A stretch of DNA of 48,751 nucleotides from an uncultured Thermodesulfobacteriota bacterium (GCA_964510775.1 CAZEBZ010000005.1:8267-57017); one strand, 5' to 3'. Counted from the first letter of the stretch, positions 37,889-47,360 are shown. Numbers and translations: made by a program. The notes: generated by a model from the letters alone, not told the origin.

Positions 37889-39123
37889 CCCTTTATCCCC
37901 TTTAAGATAAATACAGGGTTACTCGCCGAGAGAATACTAAGCCCTGATATCTCTTTACCGCGCGTTAGATTCAGCTGAACTATCTCGCGCTTCAGCCCCT
38001 TCTTCTTAAAAAATTCAAGAGTAGCGGCAGCCGTCTCCAGAGTGACTGCGTTTACTACGATAACGCCGCCTGCCTTTAGCCTCTTATATACATAAGTCAG
38101 TATCTTTCCAATTCCCGCTCCGCCGCCGCCGATAAAGACGGCATCAGGCGCGGGCAATCCCTTTAGGCACTGCGGAGCCTCGCCGCTTACGATAGAGACG
38201 TTTGTTGCCGTAAAGCGCTTTACGTTCTCCTCAATATCCTTAAGACGGCTCTTATTTTTCTCAACAGCAAAGACCCTGCCCTTACTTGCAAGGCGAGAGG
38301 CCTCAATGGCAACAGAGCCCGTGCAGGAGCCAACGTCCCAGATAATATCGCCGCGAGCCGGGGCGAGTTTAGAGAGTGCGACAACGCGTATCTCAGCCTT
38401 GGTAATCATATTAGCAGAATGCGCAAAGAGAGCATCGTCAAGACCAATGGATACGTCGTTCTCACCACTTACGACCTCATCTTCCGCTATAAATATCATT
38501 ACACTAAGGGCGTGGTATTTTTTTCCCTCTGCGGTTCTCTTAAGGGAGCCGCAGCGAACTCTTTCTTCCTTATATCCAAGGGCCTCGCAGACATAGACCT
38601 TTACGCCAGTTAGACCTGCCTCAAGAAGGCCCCGCGCGACTTTGTCCGGGGTATTGTGAGTATCTGTAAAGAGAGCCAGCGTGCCGTTAGAGGATATCTC
38701 ATGTGAGAGGGCTGAAAAATCCGCCTTTCTCCCGTGAAGGCTAAGTATTTTTAGCCCCTTTGAGCTCTCTTTAATGCGGGCGAAGGCCTCGTGAACAATA
38801 CTGACGGCGGGAATAACCCTTACGTTCTTTTTACCAAAAGTTCGGATTATATAATTACCTATGCCGTAAAGAAGGGGGTCTCCTGTAGCAAGAACTGTAA
38901 CAGTAGCGCGGTTATTTTTGCTGATATAATCTCTAATAGACTTTACAAGTCCAGGGAGATCTGAGGTAACGGGAATCCTCTCGCCCTTAATCTCTGATAA
39001 ATCATCAAGGCCCTCAAGGTGGCGCGTCCCGCCGGCTATAAGCCCCGAGCGCCTCAGAGCGGAGAGCGCCTCGCTGCCAAGGCCGCCCACGCCCTCAAGA
39101 CCTAAGCCGATAACATATATCAT
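37885..39123 (-). CDS. cbiET: Bifunctional CbiE/CbiT C5,C15-methyltransferase
   Basis: ATGDPLLYGIG, SLHGR; ITKAEIR, WDVGSCTGSV, DAVFIGG, NAVTLE. Confidence 0.93.
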   Translation of the reverse strand: MIYVIGLGLEGVGGLGSEALSALRRSGLIAGGTRHLEGLDDLSEIKGERIPVTSDLPGLVKSIRDYISKNNRATVTVLATGDPLLYGIGNYIIRTFGKKNVRVIPAVSIVHEAFARIKESSKGLKILSLHGRKADFSALSHEISSNGTLALFTDTHNTPDKVARGLLEAGLTGVKVYVCEALGYKEERVRCGSLKRTAEGKKYHALSVMIFIAEDEVVSGENDVSIGLDDALFAHSANMITKAEIRVVALSKLAPARGDIIWDVGSCTGSVAIEASRLASKGRVFAVEKNKSRLKDIEENVKRFTATNVSIVSGEAPQCLKGLPAPDAVFIGGGGAGIGKILTYVYKRLKAGGVIVVNAVTLETAAATLEFFKKKGLKREIVQLNLTRGKEISGLSILSASNPVFILKGIKG

Positions 39124-39155
39124 GGGAAAAGACCTCTCTTGTTGGTTAAAGAATA

Positions 39156-40277
39156 CTACTTCGGATAACCGCAGACCACATCGGCCTCATACCCTATAAG
39201 CACAGCTCTCACGGCCTTGGCGCCGCCAGCCATCGTGGCGCAGTTCTTGGCAACCATCTTCGTAATGGACTTAAATACCCTCACATCACCCAAGTCTTTT
39301 AGTATAAAAAAAATCTCTCTTGCCGTATTAGCTCCGCGCATCTGTTGGATAATATCACCGCCAAAGCCCTCTTTTTCCGCAACCATGGCGATAAAGTCAT
39401 TATTTACAGAAGAGCGTGAGCAATGAGTATCACCCCAGCCGGCGGCGAGTTTTGTGAATTTTCCAAACTGACCCGCTACGATAATATTTCTAATCTCATC
39501 TTTCGCCGCGGCGCAGCTCATGGCAAAACCCATGTGGTCGCCTGTGGTAATAAATGCCTGAGGAAGAAGATCGAGGCCACGGGCCGCAACTTTCTCGCTG
39601 CTCCTGCCTGTAGAGAATACAACGTCAAGACACTCTGAGGCCACGGCAACATCTACTGCGCAGGATATTGAGTCTTTGTAGGCCGCAAGGGACATGGGCT
39701 CCACTATACCTGAAGTGCCAAGAATTGAGATACCGCCCATAATACCCAGTCGGGCGTTCATAGTCTTCTTTGCCAGCTCCTCGCCGCGCGGTACGCTTAC
39801 AGTAACTGAGACAGCAGGCACGACTCCGGCCTCTAAGGCGGCCTCAGAGACGGCCGTCCTTATCATAGCGGCAGGTACGGGATTTACAGCGGGCTCACCA
39901 ACGGGGACTTTTAGCCCGGGCCGTGTAACAAGTCCCACACCAGTGCCGCCTCTTATCTTAATTACGGGAGTAGAAGTGGAGAAAGTATCAGTATTATCAA
40001 GGAGCTCTACAGTAGTAACTATCTCGGCCTTATTAGTAACATCAGGGTCGTCACCGGCGTCTTTAATAACAGTAGCCGAGGCCGCTGAACCGCTAATGGA
40101 GAGCTTTAAGACATTTATAAAAATCTCTCCGCCATCAGGCAGGCTCACAGCGACCTTTCCCCGGGCCTTGCCCTTAAATGGAGATAGGCCAAAAAGCTCA
40201 AGCGCCGCCGCCTTTGCTCCGGCGGCGGCGCTTGTCCCGGTGGTAAAACCTCTTCTAAGCCTTTTCTTAGCCTTCAA
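39156..40277 (-). CDS. cbiD: Cobalt-precorrin-5B C1-methyltransferase
   Basis: LRRGFTTGT, KDAGDDPDVT, GGISILGTSGIV.PMS. Confidence 0.97.
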   Translation of the reverse strand: MKAKKRLRRGFTTGTSAAAGAKAAALELFGLSPFKGKARGKVAVSLPDGGEIFINVLKLSISGSAASATVIKDAGDDPDVTNKAEIVTTVELLDNTDTFSTSTPVIKIRGGTGVGLVTRPGLKVPVGEPAVNPVPAAMIRTAVSEAALEAGVVPAVSVTVSVPRGEELAKKTMNARLGIMGGISILGTSGIVEPMSLAAYKDSISCAVDVAVASECLDVVFSTGRSSEKVAARGLDLLPQAFITTGDHMGFAMSCAAAKDEIRNIIVAGQFGKFTKLAAGWGDTHCSRSSVNNDFIAMVAEKEGFGGDIIQQMRGANTAREIFFILKDLGDVRVFKSITKMVAKNCATMAGGAKAVRAVLIGYEADVVCGYPK

Positions 40278-40449
40278 AAATTAACCCTGATAAGAAAAAC
40301 CAGCTCCGCCTTAGCAAATGTCTCCAAGAACGCAAAAAAAAAATATAATAAAAAAGTCTGTGAGATTGCAGCGCCTACGCCTCCCCCCTACTCCCCCTCC
40401 ACTACCCTTGCCCGCGATAACGCCTCATGCCGCAACGCCTACGAGGCCC

Positions 40450-40884
40450 TCAGGCCTCAACTTCCTTCTCTGAGGCCTTAAGCCCCATCTTCCAGAATGA
40501 GCCGAGGATAAGACCGAGTACAGCGGCGAGAAAGAGTCCCTGAAGAGTCTGCCCAAGCTCAAAATGATACCTGATGGGTCTTAATAAACTCAGCACAATA
40601 CCCGCACCGCTAAGAGCGAACCATATAACAAGAGATATGGCTACGGCTTTTTTCGTAAGGCCCCATCCCGGCAAAAATCCCTGTGCTACGCTTAAGATAC
40701 CGCCTGTAACAAGGCCAAATAACGCGCCGCCGAGGGCAAAGGTTACAAGGTCGTGTACAACTCCCGCCTCAAGGACAAAGGCCCCCGTAAAGGTATTAAA
40801 GAGAAGGGATATAAGACCCCAGAGAGCGCCAGAGAGCATGCAGAGGAAGAGGCCGTCCTTCCATGACTTAAAACCTGAGTTCAT
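40450..40884 (-). CDS. Hypothetical 4-TM membrane protein downstream of cbtB
   Basis: AAGGAG RBS; 144 aa with four Gly-rich hydrophobic helices; His in two loops (VHD, YHF). Confidence 0.8.
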   Translation of the reverse strand: MNSGFKSWKDGLFLCMLSGALWGLISLLFNTFTGAFVLEAGVVHDLVTFALGGALFGLVTGGILSVAQGFLPGWGLTKKAVAISLVIWFALSGAGIVLSLLRPIRYHFELGQTLQGLFLAAVLGLILGSFWKMGLKASEKEVEA

Positions 40885-40948
40885 CTTAATCTCCTTGAAA
40901 ATAAATCTAACAAAATAATTTCTTCACGAAATCAACTTAGGGCCCCCA

Positions 40949-41122
40949 TCAGTGACAGGGCATGCCTATGGTATGCCTGAAGTCGTGGAACATATCATGC
41001 ACGCCGCTTACTACGTTCTCCATGCCAAATACTACGACAACCATGGCAAAGGCCACGGCCATGAGTACAACGGCGGGAAGCAGTGTATTCATTACAAAAT
41101 CTCTCTCAAAAAACCTCTCCAT
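40949..41122 (-). CDS. cbtB: CbtB-type cobalt transporter small subunit, 57 aa (not in the ORF track)
   Basis: Hand translation MERFFERDFVMNTLLPAVVLMAVAFAMVVVVFGMENVVSGVHDMFHDFRHTIGMPCH; GAGGAGGT RBS; HDxxHDxRHxxGxPCH signature. Confidence 0.92.
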   Translation of the reverse strand: MERFFERDFVMNTLLPAVVLMAVAFAMVVVVFGMENVVSGVHDMFHDFRHTIGMPCH

Positions 41123-41199
41123 CTCAAGTTACCTCCTCTTTTATTGTTAGCTCTCTATTCCAGGTGCGTTAGAGAAGTATCCCTGCCCTATCGCCCTTG

Positions 41200-42507
41200 T
41201 TAAAAATCCGCCTGAAGCCTCAACCCGTAGATAAAGGCATTTTTCGTACTTCTATCACCTCCGCGGTTGATAATGTACTGAACGTCCGGGGCTACGTGAA
41301 AGCCCATGCCCGCCGTGCCGCCGAGGAAGACATCGTAATAGGCCTCAAGGTAGTGCTCGTTACCTGCGCTAAAACCACCTGCGCCATTACGCTTAAAGTC
41401 TTTATAATCCCTGCCTATGAAACTTACTCCGTAGCCGAGACCCATAGTATCATGCTCTCTGCTTAAAAACCATGGCGAAGAGCTGAGCCCCGCGGCAAAG
41501 ACTGCCTTCATCTGCGATAGAGTCTCTCTCTGCAGACCCGCCCTTAACCAGAGCCCTATATTATCAGTTACGTACTGATCAAGACTTAGACCTACGCCCT
41601 GATTAAAGGCCCTCAGCAGGGTCGTATTTGTGTCATCTGCCAGGAACTCAAGGTTTACCGCCGGCCTCGATGGCCTTAACCAGTAATATATCCTGTACGT
41701 ACCCTCTTTTCCAGATAATGTAAGATGAAAATCCGCCTCGGCCATTACAAAGGGGTCGTCAAAGGCCCGTGCGTAATCACCATCACCCTCAAAGACACCT
41801 ACTGTTATATCAAGTATCTTCGCCGGAGAAAAGGCTAACGTAAGGCCCGGCGAATAAAAATTATCAGAGCCTCCAAACTCAATAGAGGAGTTATTTACGA
41901 AGATATTAGCCATAAACTGCGCCGTCTCATCATTGGCGAAGTTATTGGCGTCAAAGTACCCCGTAATATCAAGCTGACCTACGGCGAGGTTCAGGCGGCC
42001 TCCAAAGAGATGATGCTCGTAATAGAGCTGCGTAACCTTTACGCCAGTATCGTTAAAAGACTCTACGTCTGCGTTAATGCCCGTTGGGTTACCGTTAGGG
42101 GCGGTTAGAAGATTAAGGCCCTCTACGCCAACTCCGCGCTGAACATCCAAGACAATAACGGCCATGCCGTCTCTTCCGATTGGCCCCTCAACGGCGAGGT
42201 CTCCGGAGATTGACACCTCACTCCTATTCTGACCGGGAAGGTTTGCTATGCCGTGGGCTACAAGAGTAACGCCCCCTGTTATCTCAAGGCCAAACTCGCT
42301 GTGCACGGGGTGCAGCCTGTGAGAGCGCTCCACGCTCACAGAGTCGCTGCTGTCCCTGTCCTCAAGTATTTTAATCCTCTTCTCAAGGTCATTAACCCTA
42401 TCTGCATCACCGGAGGCTAGGGCGAAAGCCGGAGCTGCCCCAAAGAGAACCAAGAATAAAAGAACGGCAATACCCCTACAAAAACCATAATCTCTTCTCA
42501 TCATCAT
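41200..42507 (-). CDS. Outer-membrane porin, OprB/carbohydrate-porin-like
   Basis: AGGAGG RBS, signal peptide, short coiled coil, GQLDITGYFDANNFANDET.QF, EAYY, PDVQYIIN, terminal YGLRLQADF. Confidence 0.85.
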   Translation of the reverse strand: MMMRRDYGFCRGIAVLLFLVLFGAAPAFALASGDADRVNDLEKRIKILEDRDSSDSVSVERSHRLHPVHSEFGLEITGGVTLVAHGIANLPGQNRSEVSISGDLAVEGPIGRDGMAVIVLDVQRGVGVEGLNLLTAPNGNPTGINADVESFNDTGVKVTQLYYEHHLFGGRLNLAVGQLDITGYFDANNFANDETAQFMANIFVNNSSIEFGGSDNFYSPGLTLAFSPAKILDITVGVFEGDGDYARAFDDPFVMAEADFHLTLSGKEGTYRIYYWLRPSRPAVNLEFLADDTNTTLLRAFNQGVGLSLDQYVTDNIGLWLRAGLQRETLSQMKAVFAAGLSSSPWFLSREHDTMGLGYGVSFIGRDYKDFKRNGAGGFSAGNEHYLEAYYDVFLGGTAGMGFHVAPDVQYIINRGGDRSTKNAFIYGLRLQADF

Positions 42508-42846
42508 TCCTCCTGAAATTTTACATCCAGTGTTCGTCATGAGATGCCTAAGGACTATGGTGAGCTATGAACAACTGTACCGTGCCAATGCGCCTATTCT
42601 TCTATGAGGTTTACCTCTAAAAAAGCGATTGAGCTTATAAATATCGCCAGACCTACAGGAGGCCTCAGCCTCTTAAAGCGGGGCGCGCAGATGACGTCTC
42701 AGAGAGCCTCCGCCTTGCCCAAAGGAGAGCCGCCCCTCCTTTTATAATAAAGACCTCTTCGGCGGTATTTACCTTAAACTAAAGCATCTCTTACAAAAAC
42801 ACAGAGGGACGAGAAGATAATAGGAGCCGCTTCGTGAAGATTTAAT

Positions 42847-42883
42847 AAAAAAATCCCCAAACCTAAACTATAGGTTCGGGGAT
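42847..42883 (-). terminator. Intrinsic terminator downstream of the cobalamin riboswitch
   Basis: Minus strand ATCCCCGAACCTA-TAGTT-TAGGTTTGGGGAT plus T-run. Confidence 0.85.
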
Positions 42884-42949
42884 GCCGTTTTTCATCCGCA
42901 AATCTGCTTACTCCCATACCACAGGGTTTAAGCATTGATAAATATTTTA

Positions 42950-43108
42950 TATTGGCAGGTCTTCTGGCTCCCGGATTCTCCTACTCACCGCGCCTTCCCA
43001 TCCTTACGGACAGTGACATCTTGCGGTTTTCGTCCCCGGTTACAGCGGCGGGTCCGCGACGGATTTGCACCGTCTTCCCTTTTAAGCCCTCTCAGGCTAC
43101 CATTATTT
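42950..43108 (-). ncRNA. Cobalamin riboswitch
   Basis: Minus strand AAAAGGGAA-GACGGTGCAAATCCGTC-GCGG-CCCGCCGCTGT...TCACTG...GGGAAGG...B12 box GAGCCAGAAGACCTGCC. Confidence 0.97.
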
Positions 43109-43115
43109 AAATGCG

Positions 43116-43144
43116 AGTATAAAGCATACAAAGGTCTCCGTCAA
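43116..43144 (-). promoter_or_regulatory. Sigma70 promoter of the riboswitch-porin-cbi transcript
   Basis: TTGACG-N17-TATACT immediately 5' of the riboswitch. Confidence 0.75.
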
Positions 43145-43159
43145 GCCCTTTATCGGACT

Positions 43160-43750
43160 TCAGGCAAAAACCAGATAGACCCCTGCGGCGGCTATTGCCG
43201 CCCCTGAGTAGCGAATAAGCAAGGCGCCGAGCCTCTTATTGAAAAAAGCACCGCTTACAATACCACTCGTATGAAGCAAGGCCGTAGCCACCGCAAAACC
43301 CGCGCCGTAGGAAAGGCCCGAGACAGAAAAGGGCATCTCAGTGCCATGAGCATGACCGTGAAAGAGAGCGAAAACAGCCACAATAGCCATGCCTGCCGCC
43401 AGCGGCAGACGCGCCGCCGCGGCGATAAGTAAGCCAAGAACCAATAGAGAGGTTATGATGCCTCCCTCAACAAAGGGAATATAAAGACCCATTATACCCA
43501 GAAAACACCCTAAGAGCATTACAGTAACAAAAGCAGCCGGTACGGCCCAGAGGGCCTTACCGCCAATCTGATAGGCCCAGAGTCCAACTGCAAACATAAC
43601 CAGGACATGCTCAAGCCCGCCAAGGGGGTGGACAAAACCATTTAAAAAACCGGCGCCGCGGCCTATTACAGGATGAGCATAAGCAGAAGCAGGCAAGAGA
43701 ACGATTAAGCTCGACAAAACCAGCAAACCATAAAATTTTATAAACTTCAT
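43160..43750 (-). CDS. HupE/UreJ-family Ni/Co transporter
   Basis: Signal peptide ending AYA-H, HPLGGLEH, FHGHAHG.E, multiple TMs. Confidence 0.93.
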   Translation of the reverse strand: MKFIKFYGLLVLSSLIVLLPASAYAHPVIGRGAGFLNGFVHPLGGLEHVLVMFAVGLWAYQIGGKALWAVPAAFVTVMLLGCFLGIMGLYIPFVEGGIITSLLVLGLLIAAAARLPLAAGMAIVAVFALFHGHAHGTEMPFSVSGLSYGAGFAVATALLHTSGIVSGAFFNKRLGALLIRYSGAAIAAAGVYLVFA

Positions 43751-43795
43751 ATCCCTCTCCTTCCAATCTCGGCGGAGCTGTCTCCTGCCGCATTA

Positions 43796-44842
43796 CTACG
43801 CAGGAGTTAGTCTCTTTGCCGCCTCTATTATAAGGGCATTTACAATGGATACGGCTACGGAACTGCCGCCTTTTCTGCCCTTTGCCGCTATATACTCAAT
43901 GCCTGATGCGATAAGGGCGTCCTTTGAGGCCTCGGCCCCTACAAAACCAACGGGTACGCCTACGACAAGCGCCGGGCGCGCCTTGCCGGCTTCGACAAGC
44001 CTCAGCAGCTCCGTAAGCGCCGTCGGAGCGTTGCCTATGGCGACAATAGCGCCGTCCATAAATGAAGCCGCCGCTGCCATGGCAGCAGCCGTTCGTGTAG
44101 AGCCTGTTTTTTTTGCCTCCTCAGCTACAGCCGGGTCAGAAGAAAAACAGCGGACTTTAGTGCCAAAGGGACGAAGACGGCCCATTGAGATGCCGGACTG
44201 CACCATCTTCACATCTGTTATTATATCCTTACCGCTCTGCAGGGCCGCCATACCCGCCGCAACGGCGCCGGGGCTAAAGCGCAGAATGTCCTTAAACTCA
44301 AAGTCGGCTGTAGCGTGAATAACACGCTTTACCACCTCTTTACTCACAGCGTCAAAGTTATCAAGGTTAGTCTCGGACTCGATTATGCTGAAACTCTCTC
44401 TCTCAATAGGGTGCTGGCCAACAACAAGACCTGGCTCAGACTCCGGGGCCAGGGCCTCAGTAAGCCTCTCTACGACTATATCAACGAGTTTACCGTGGAC
44501 GCCGAGGTTTTTTGTAATCCTCATCTTTAGGTCAGGGTACTTGCTGCGCGCAAGATCCATCTCGCCGGGGATATCCTTTACCACATGTGCGCCGCAGTAG
44601 AGGAAATAAGGCATTACTGTAATATCCCTGAAACCTCGCTTTAGAAGGCCCTCAAGGGCCTGATGAAAGTCGGGTTCTTCAAGCTGCAAAAACGCGGGCT
44701 CCACTACGCCGAACTTCTTTAGATTATGAAGGGCCGCTGCCATCTCACGAAGGATATCATTGGCCTCTCCTCTCTTGCTGCCATGACCGAGCATAAGCAC
44801 GGCGTGATCCGCCGGCATTCCATCTTCAAACTCAATACTCAT
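43796..44842 (-). CDS. cbiC: Fused CbiX-type cobaltochelatase and CbiC precorrin-8 methylmutase
   Basis: N-terminal GHGS, AFLQ, PYFLYCGAH...DIP; C-terminal IERESF, RVIHATAD, IGNAPTAL, PVGFVGA, GRKGGS. Confidence 0.92.
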   Translation of the reverse strand: MSIEFEDGMPADHAVLMLGHGSKRGEANDILREMAAALHNLKKFGVVEPAFLQLEEPDFHQALEGLLKRGFRDITVMPYFLYCGAHVVKDIPGEMDLARSKYPDLKMRITKNLGVHGKLVDIVVERLTEALAPESEPGLVVGQHPIERESFSIIESETNLDNFDAVSKEVVKRVIHATADFEFKDILRFSPGAVAAGMAALQSGKDIITDVKMVQSGISMGRLRPFGTKVRCFSSDPAVAEEAKKTGSTRTAAAMAAAASFMDGAIVAIGNAPTALTELLRLVEAGKARPALVVGVPVGFVGAEASKDALIASGIEYIAAKGRKGGSSVAVSIVNALIIEAAKRLTPA

Positions 44843-45141
44843 CTCACTTACCTCATGGTAAAATGTTTAAGTTTATTTACCTGCCTGAAAGATCTCTTAA
44901 GCAGCGAGTACGGCCTGCTGTAGAGACTTCGCAACTCCTTACAACGGCGTGGCTGCTCACGATTCAGCGCGTCGCAAACAAAGCACGCCCCCCCCTCTAT
45001 TCTCTCTGAGGGAGCTTGAAATAGGCGTTAATTTCTATTAAAACTATTACATGGCGAGGGTCAGGATGTCAACTAAAACCCCCTTCTTTACAGCCCCCCG
45101 CCCGCCCTCTCGCCACTTCGCTAAGACGCTAAAAAAGAGCT

Positions 45142-45906
45142 TTAGCGGTTTAACCTTAGCAGTATCTGAGAAAAAATCCCCCGCAGCATGGCAACCTCCT
45201 TTTCCATCAAAGAAGTCCTGCCAAAGAGTACTCGAAAATTCCTTATAATGGCGCGAAGGAGGAATTCCCGTTTATCATCGCCGTAATCAACGGCGCGAAG
45301 CATCTCTTCCATATGGCCGTACATCAGCTCCCGCTCTTCTCTTGGGGCGGCTTTTATCTCAGAGAGGGGCGAAGATGTTACGGAATCCATATAGATATAA
45401 TGGCAAAGCAAAAACACGGCGTGAGAGAGGTTAAGTGAGGGATAACCCTCGTGGGCGGGCAGCTCCACAAGGGCGTCGCAGAGGGCCAGCTCAGTGTTGA
45501 TGAGGCCTCGATCCTCGCGGCCAAATAATATGGCAACGTCGTTATTTTGGCTCATGCTCTTTATCATTGATACTGCCCCTGAGATATCCGTAAGGGGTTC
45601 GCGCAGCTTACCTGTTCTGCGGGTAGTGCCCATAATAAAACCGAAGTCAGCGACGCATTCAGTAAGCGTAGGATAGAGCCGTGCCTTAAGAACCACCTCG
45701 CCTGCGTTACAGGCCCTGCCAAAGCACTCGTCATTATCGTACTCGCAGGGATTTACAAGGACGAGGTCATGTAGGCCGCAGTTCTCCATTGCCCTCGCCG
45801 CAGCGCCGATATTAGCGGGCCCTCGTGGCTCAACAAGGACAATGGATATGTTCTTTAGAGGTACAGATTCCAGCGCCCTTTTTTTCTCTCTCATCTTCAC
45901 CGCCAT
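45142..45906 (-). CDS. trmJ: TrmJ-type SPOUT RNA methyltransferase
   Basis: NIGAAARAMENCG, FGREDRGL, YPSLNLSHAV, LRGI. Confidence 0.88.
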   Translation of the reverse strand: MAVKMREKKRALESVPLKNISIVLVEPRGPANIGAAARAMENCGLHDLVLVNPCEYDNDECFGRACNAGEVVLKARLYPTLTECVADFGFIMGTTRRTGKLREPLTDISGAVSMIKSMSQNNDVAILFGREDRGLINTELALCDALVELPAHEGYPSLNLSHAVFLLCHYIYMDSVTSSPLSEIKAAPREERELMYGHMEEMLRAVDYGDDKREFLLRAIIRNFRVLFGRTSLMEKEVAMLRGIFSQILLRLNR

Positions 45907-46054
45907 AGATAGTAGAATTCAAATAAACTTCAAATAATAAAAAAAATCAAGGAAGAGATTATAACAGAAAGAAGAAGTCTCTGAAATACCGGTAATGTAA
46001 AGTCGTGACTTTTTCTTACGAAAATACCGATGAAGGTAGACATAGACTTAAGAG

Positions 46055-46089
46055 AAAGAAACCCCCCTGCCCAAAAAGGCAGAGGGGTT
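46055..46089 (-). terminator. Intrinsic terminator after the sigma factor gene
   Basis: Minus strand AACCCCTCTGCC-TTTTTG-GGCAGGGGGGTT-TCTTT. Confidence 0.75.
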
Positions 46090-46152
46090 ATATGTGAAGT
46101 GAGGTTATTGGTAGGTGTGTGTATTGAAGTCTAATCTATACTAATCTAGCCG

Positions 46153-47160
46153 TTACAGAACATCACTTAAAGTCATATTGTGATCCGTGATAATCTGCTT
46201 TAATTTTCCAAGGGCCTTTACCTCAATTTGTCTTACCCTCTCGCGTGTAACACCGAGGCGCAGCCCTATCTTCTCAAGGGTCTCTGTCTCAGTTCCGTCT
46301 ATACCAAAACGGAATTTTATTATCTCCGCCTCGTTGTTCTCAAGAAGTGTAAGCCAAGCCTTTACGTTCTTTACCCTCTTCTCGCCGTCAATAACATCCA
46401 TTGGCGTAGGCGATGTCGTGTCCTCAAGTCTCTCAAGGAGAGGCTGCTCAAACTCGCCCGGTATGGTAGCCTCAAGAGAAGTAGTCTTTCGTACTATTGA
46501 ATCGAGTTTCTTGACGTACTTTTCCTTAAAACCCGTCTTCTCCGAGACCTCTTCCGTCTCAGGTTCTCTACGAAGCTCTTCTCTTAGAAGACGGCGCGCA
46601 CGCGTAACCTTTGCGAGATCATTAGTGACATGTATGGGCAGCCGCACTGTATTGGCCTGATTTGCGATGGCCCTGTCAACGGATTGCCTTATCCAGTACG
46701 TGGCATAAGTAGAGAACCTGCATCCCTTTATAGACCTGAAACGCTCAACGGCCTTTATTAGCCCGATGTTGCCCTCTTCTATAAGGTCAGGCAGCGGCAG
46801 GCCCCTGCCTGTATAACGCTTGGCGATGTTGATAACGAGGCGCAGATTCGACTCTATCATCTTTCTGCGCGCATCGCTGTCTCCTGCCTCTATCTTCAGG
46901 GCAAGTTTTTTTTCTTCTACGGCGCTTAAGAGCCCAAGGCCTTTGATGCTCTCAAAGTACTGACTAATCGCATCTCTGCCTGATACTCCGGCGACCTTTA
47001 TAGGTGATACCTTCTTACCTCGTCTACCGGAGGAGCGGCGCCTCTTAATAGGCCTCGCAAGGGACGGTACAACTGAGGCCGCAGGCCCGGGTAAGAGGCA
47101 AAAGGCTGCATCCATCTGCTCAAAGTCCTTTATCTCTACTTCTGCATTAAGAACTCTCAT
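46153..47160 (-). CDS. rpoS: Group 2 sigma70 factor, RpoS-like
   Basis: NLRLVINIAKRY, DLIEEGNIGL, RFSTYATYWIRQ, RLPIHV, VTRERVRQIE; no region 1.1; gene symbol is tentative. Confidence 0.75.
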   Translation of the reverse strand: MRVLNAEVEIKDFEQMDAAFCLLPGPAASVVPSLARPIKRRRSSGRRGKKVSPIKVAGVSGRDAISQYFESIKGLGLLSAVEEKKLALKIEAGDSDARRKMIESNLRLVINIAKRYTGRGLPLPDLIEEGNIGLIKAVERFRSIKGCRFSTYATYWIRQSVDRAIANQANTVRLPIHVTNDLAKVTRARRLLREELRREPETEEVSEKTGFKEKYVKKLDSIVRKTTSLEATIPGEFEQPLLERLEDTTSPTPMDVIDGEKRVKNVKAWLTLLENNEAEIIKFRFGIDGTETETLEKIGLRLGVTRERVRQIEVKALGKLKQIITDHNMTLSDVL

Positions 47161-47195
47161 CTCCTACCCCCTTTCATTGATGTAACGGGCAGGAC

Positions 47196-47303
47196 CTATT
47201 CCTCGGCCTTCTCGAACTCTTTACCCTCACACTGTGGGCATGATTTCGGTCTGCATCTTGTCTCTTTTGAGTAACTGCATTTAGTACACTTCCAAAGGGC
47301 CAT
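47196..47303 (-). CDS. 35-aa rubredoxin-like protein, RCKP-type (not in the ORF track)
   Basis: Hand translation MALWKCTKCSYSKETRCRPKSCPQCEGKEFEKAEE; AGGAGG RBS; CxxC...RCRP..CPxC. Confidence 0.88.
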   Translation of the reverse strand: MALWKCTKCSYSKETRCRPKSCPQCEGKEFEKAEE

Positions 47304-47360
47304 CTTAAAGCCTCCTGATTTTTTTATTTTTAACTCGTTAACTTTGCCCCCCCCCTTTTC

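Noticed and set aside
40952-41203. His-rich 83-aa and 62-aa plus-strand ORFs
   Set aside because: Antisense shadows of the real minus-strand cbtB, which has the RBS and family motif.
42570-42590. Sigma54 promoter (TTGGCACG) before the porin
   Set aside because: No GC at the required -12 spacing.
42935-43207. 90-aa plus-strand ORF
   Set aside because: Antisense to the cobalamin riboswitch; no protein features.
44843-45141. Second riboswitch or small gene before cbiX-cbiC
   Set aside because: No B12 box or other aptamer consensus was seen and the short ORFs are unconvincing; only a TTGACA with a weak -10.
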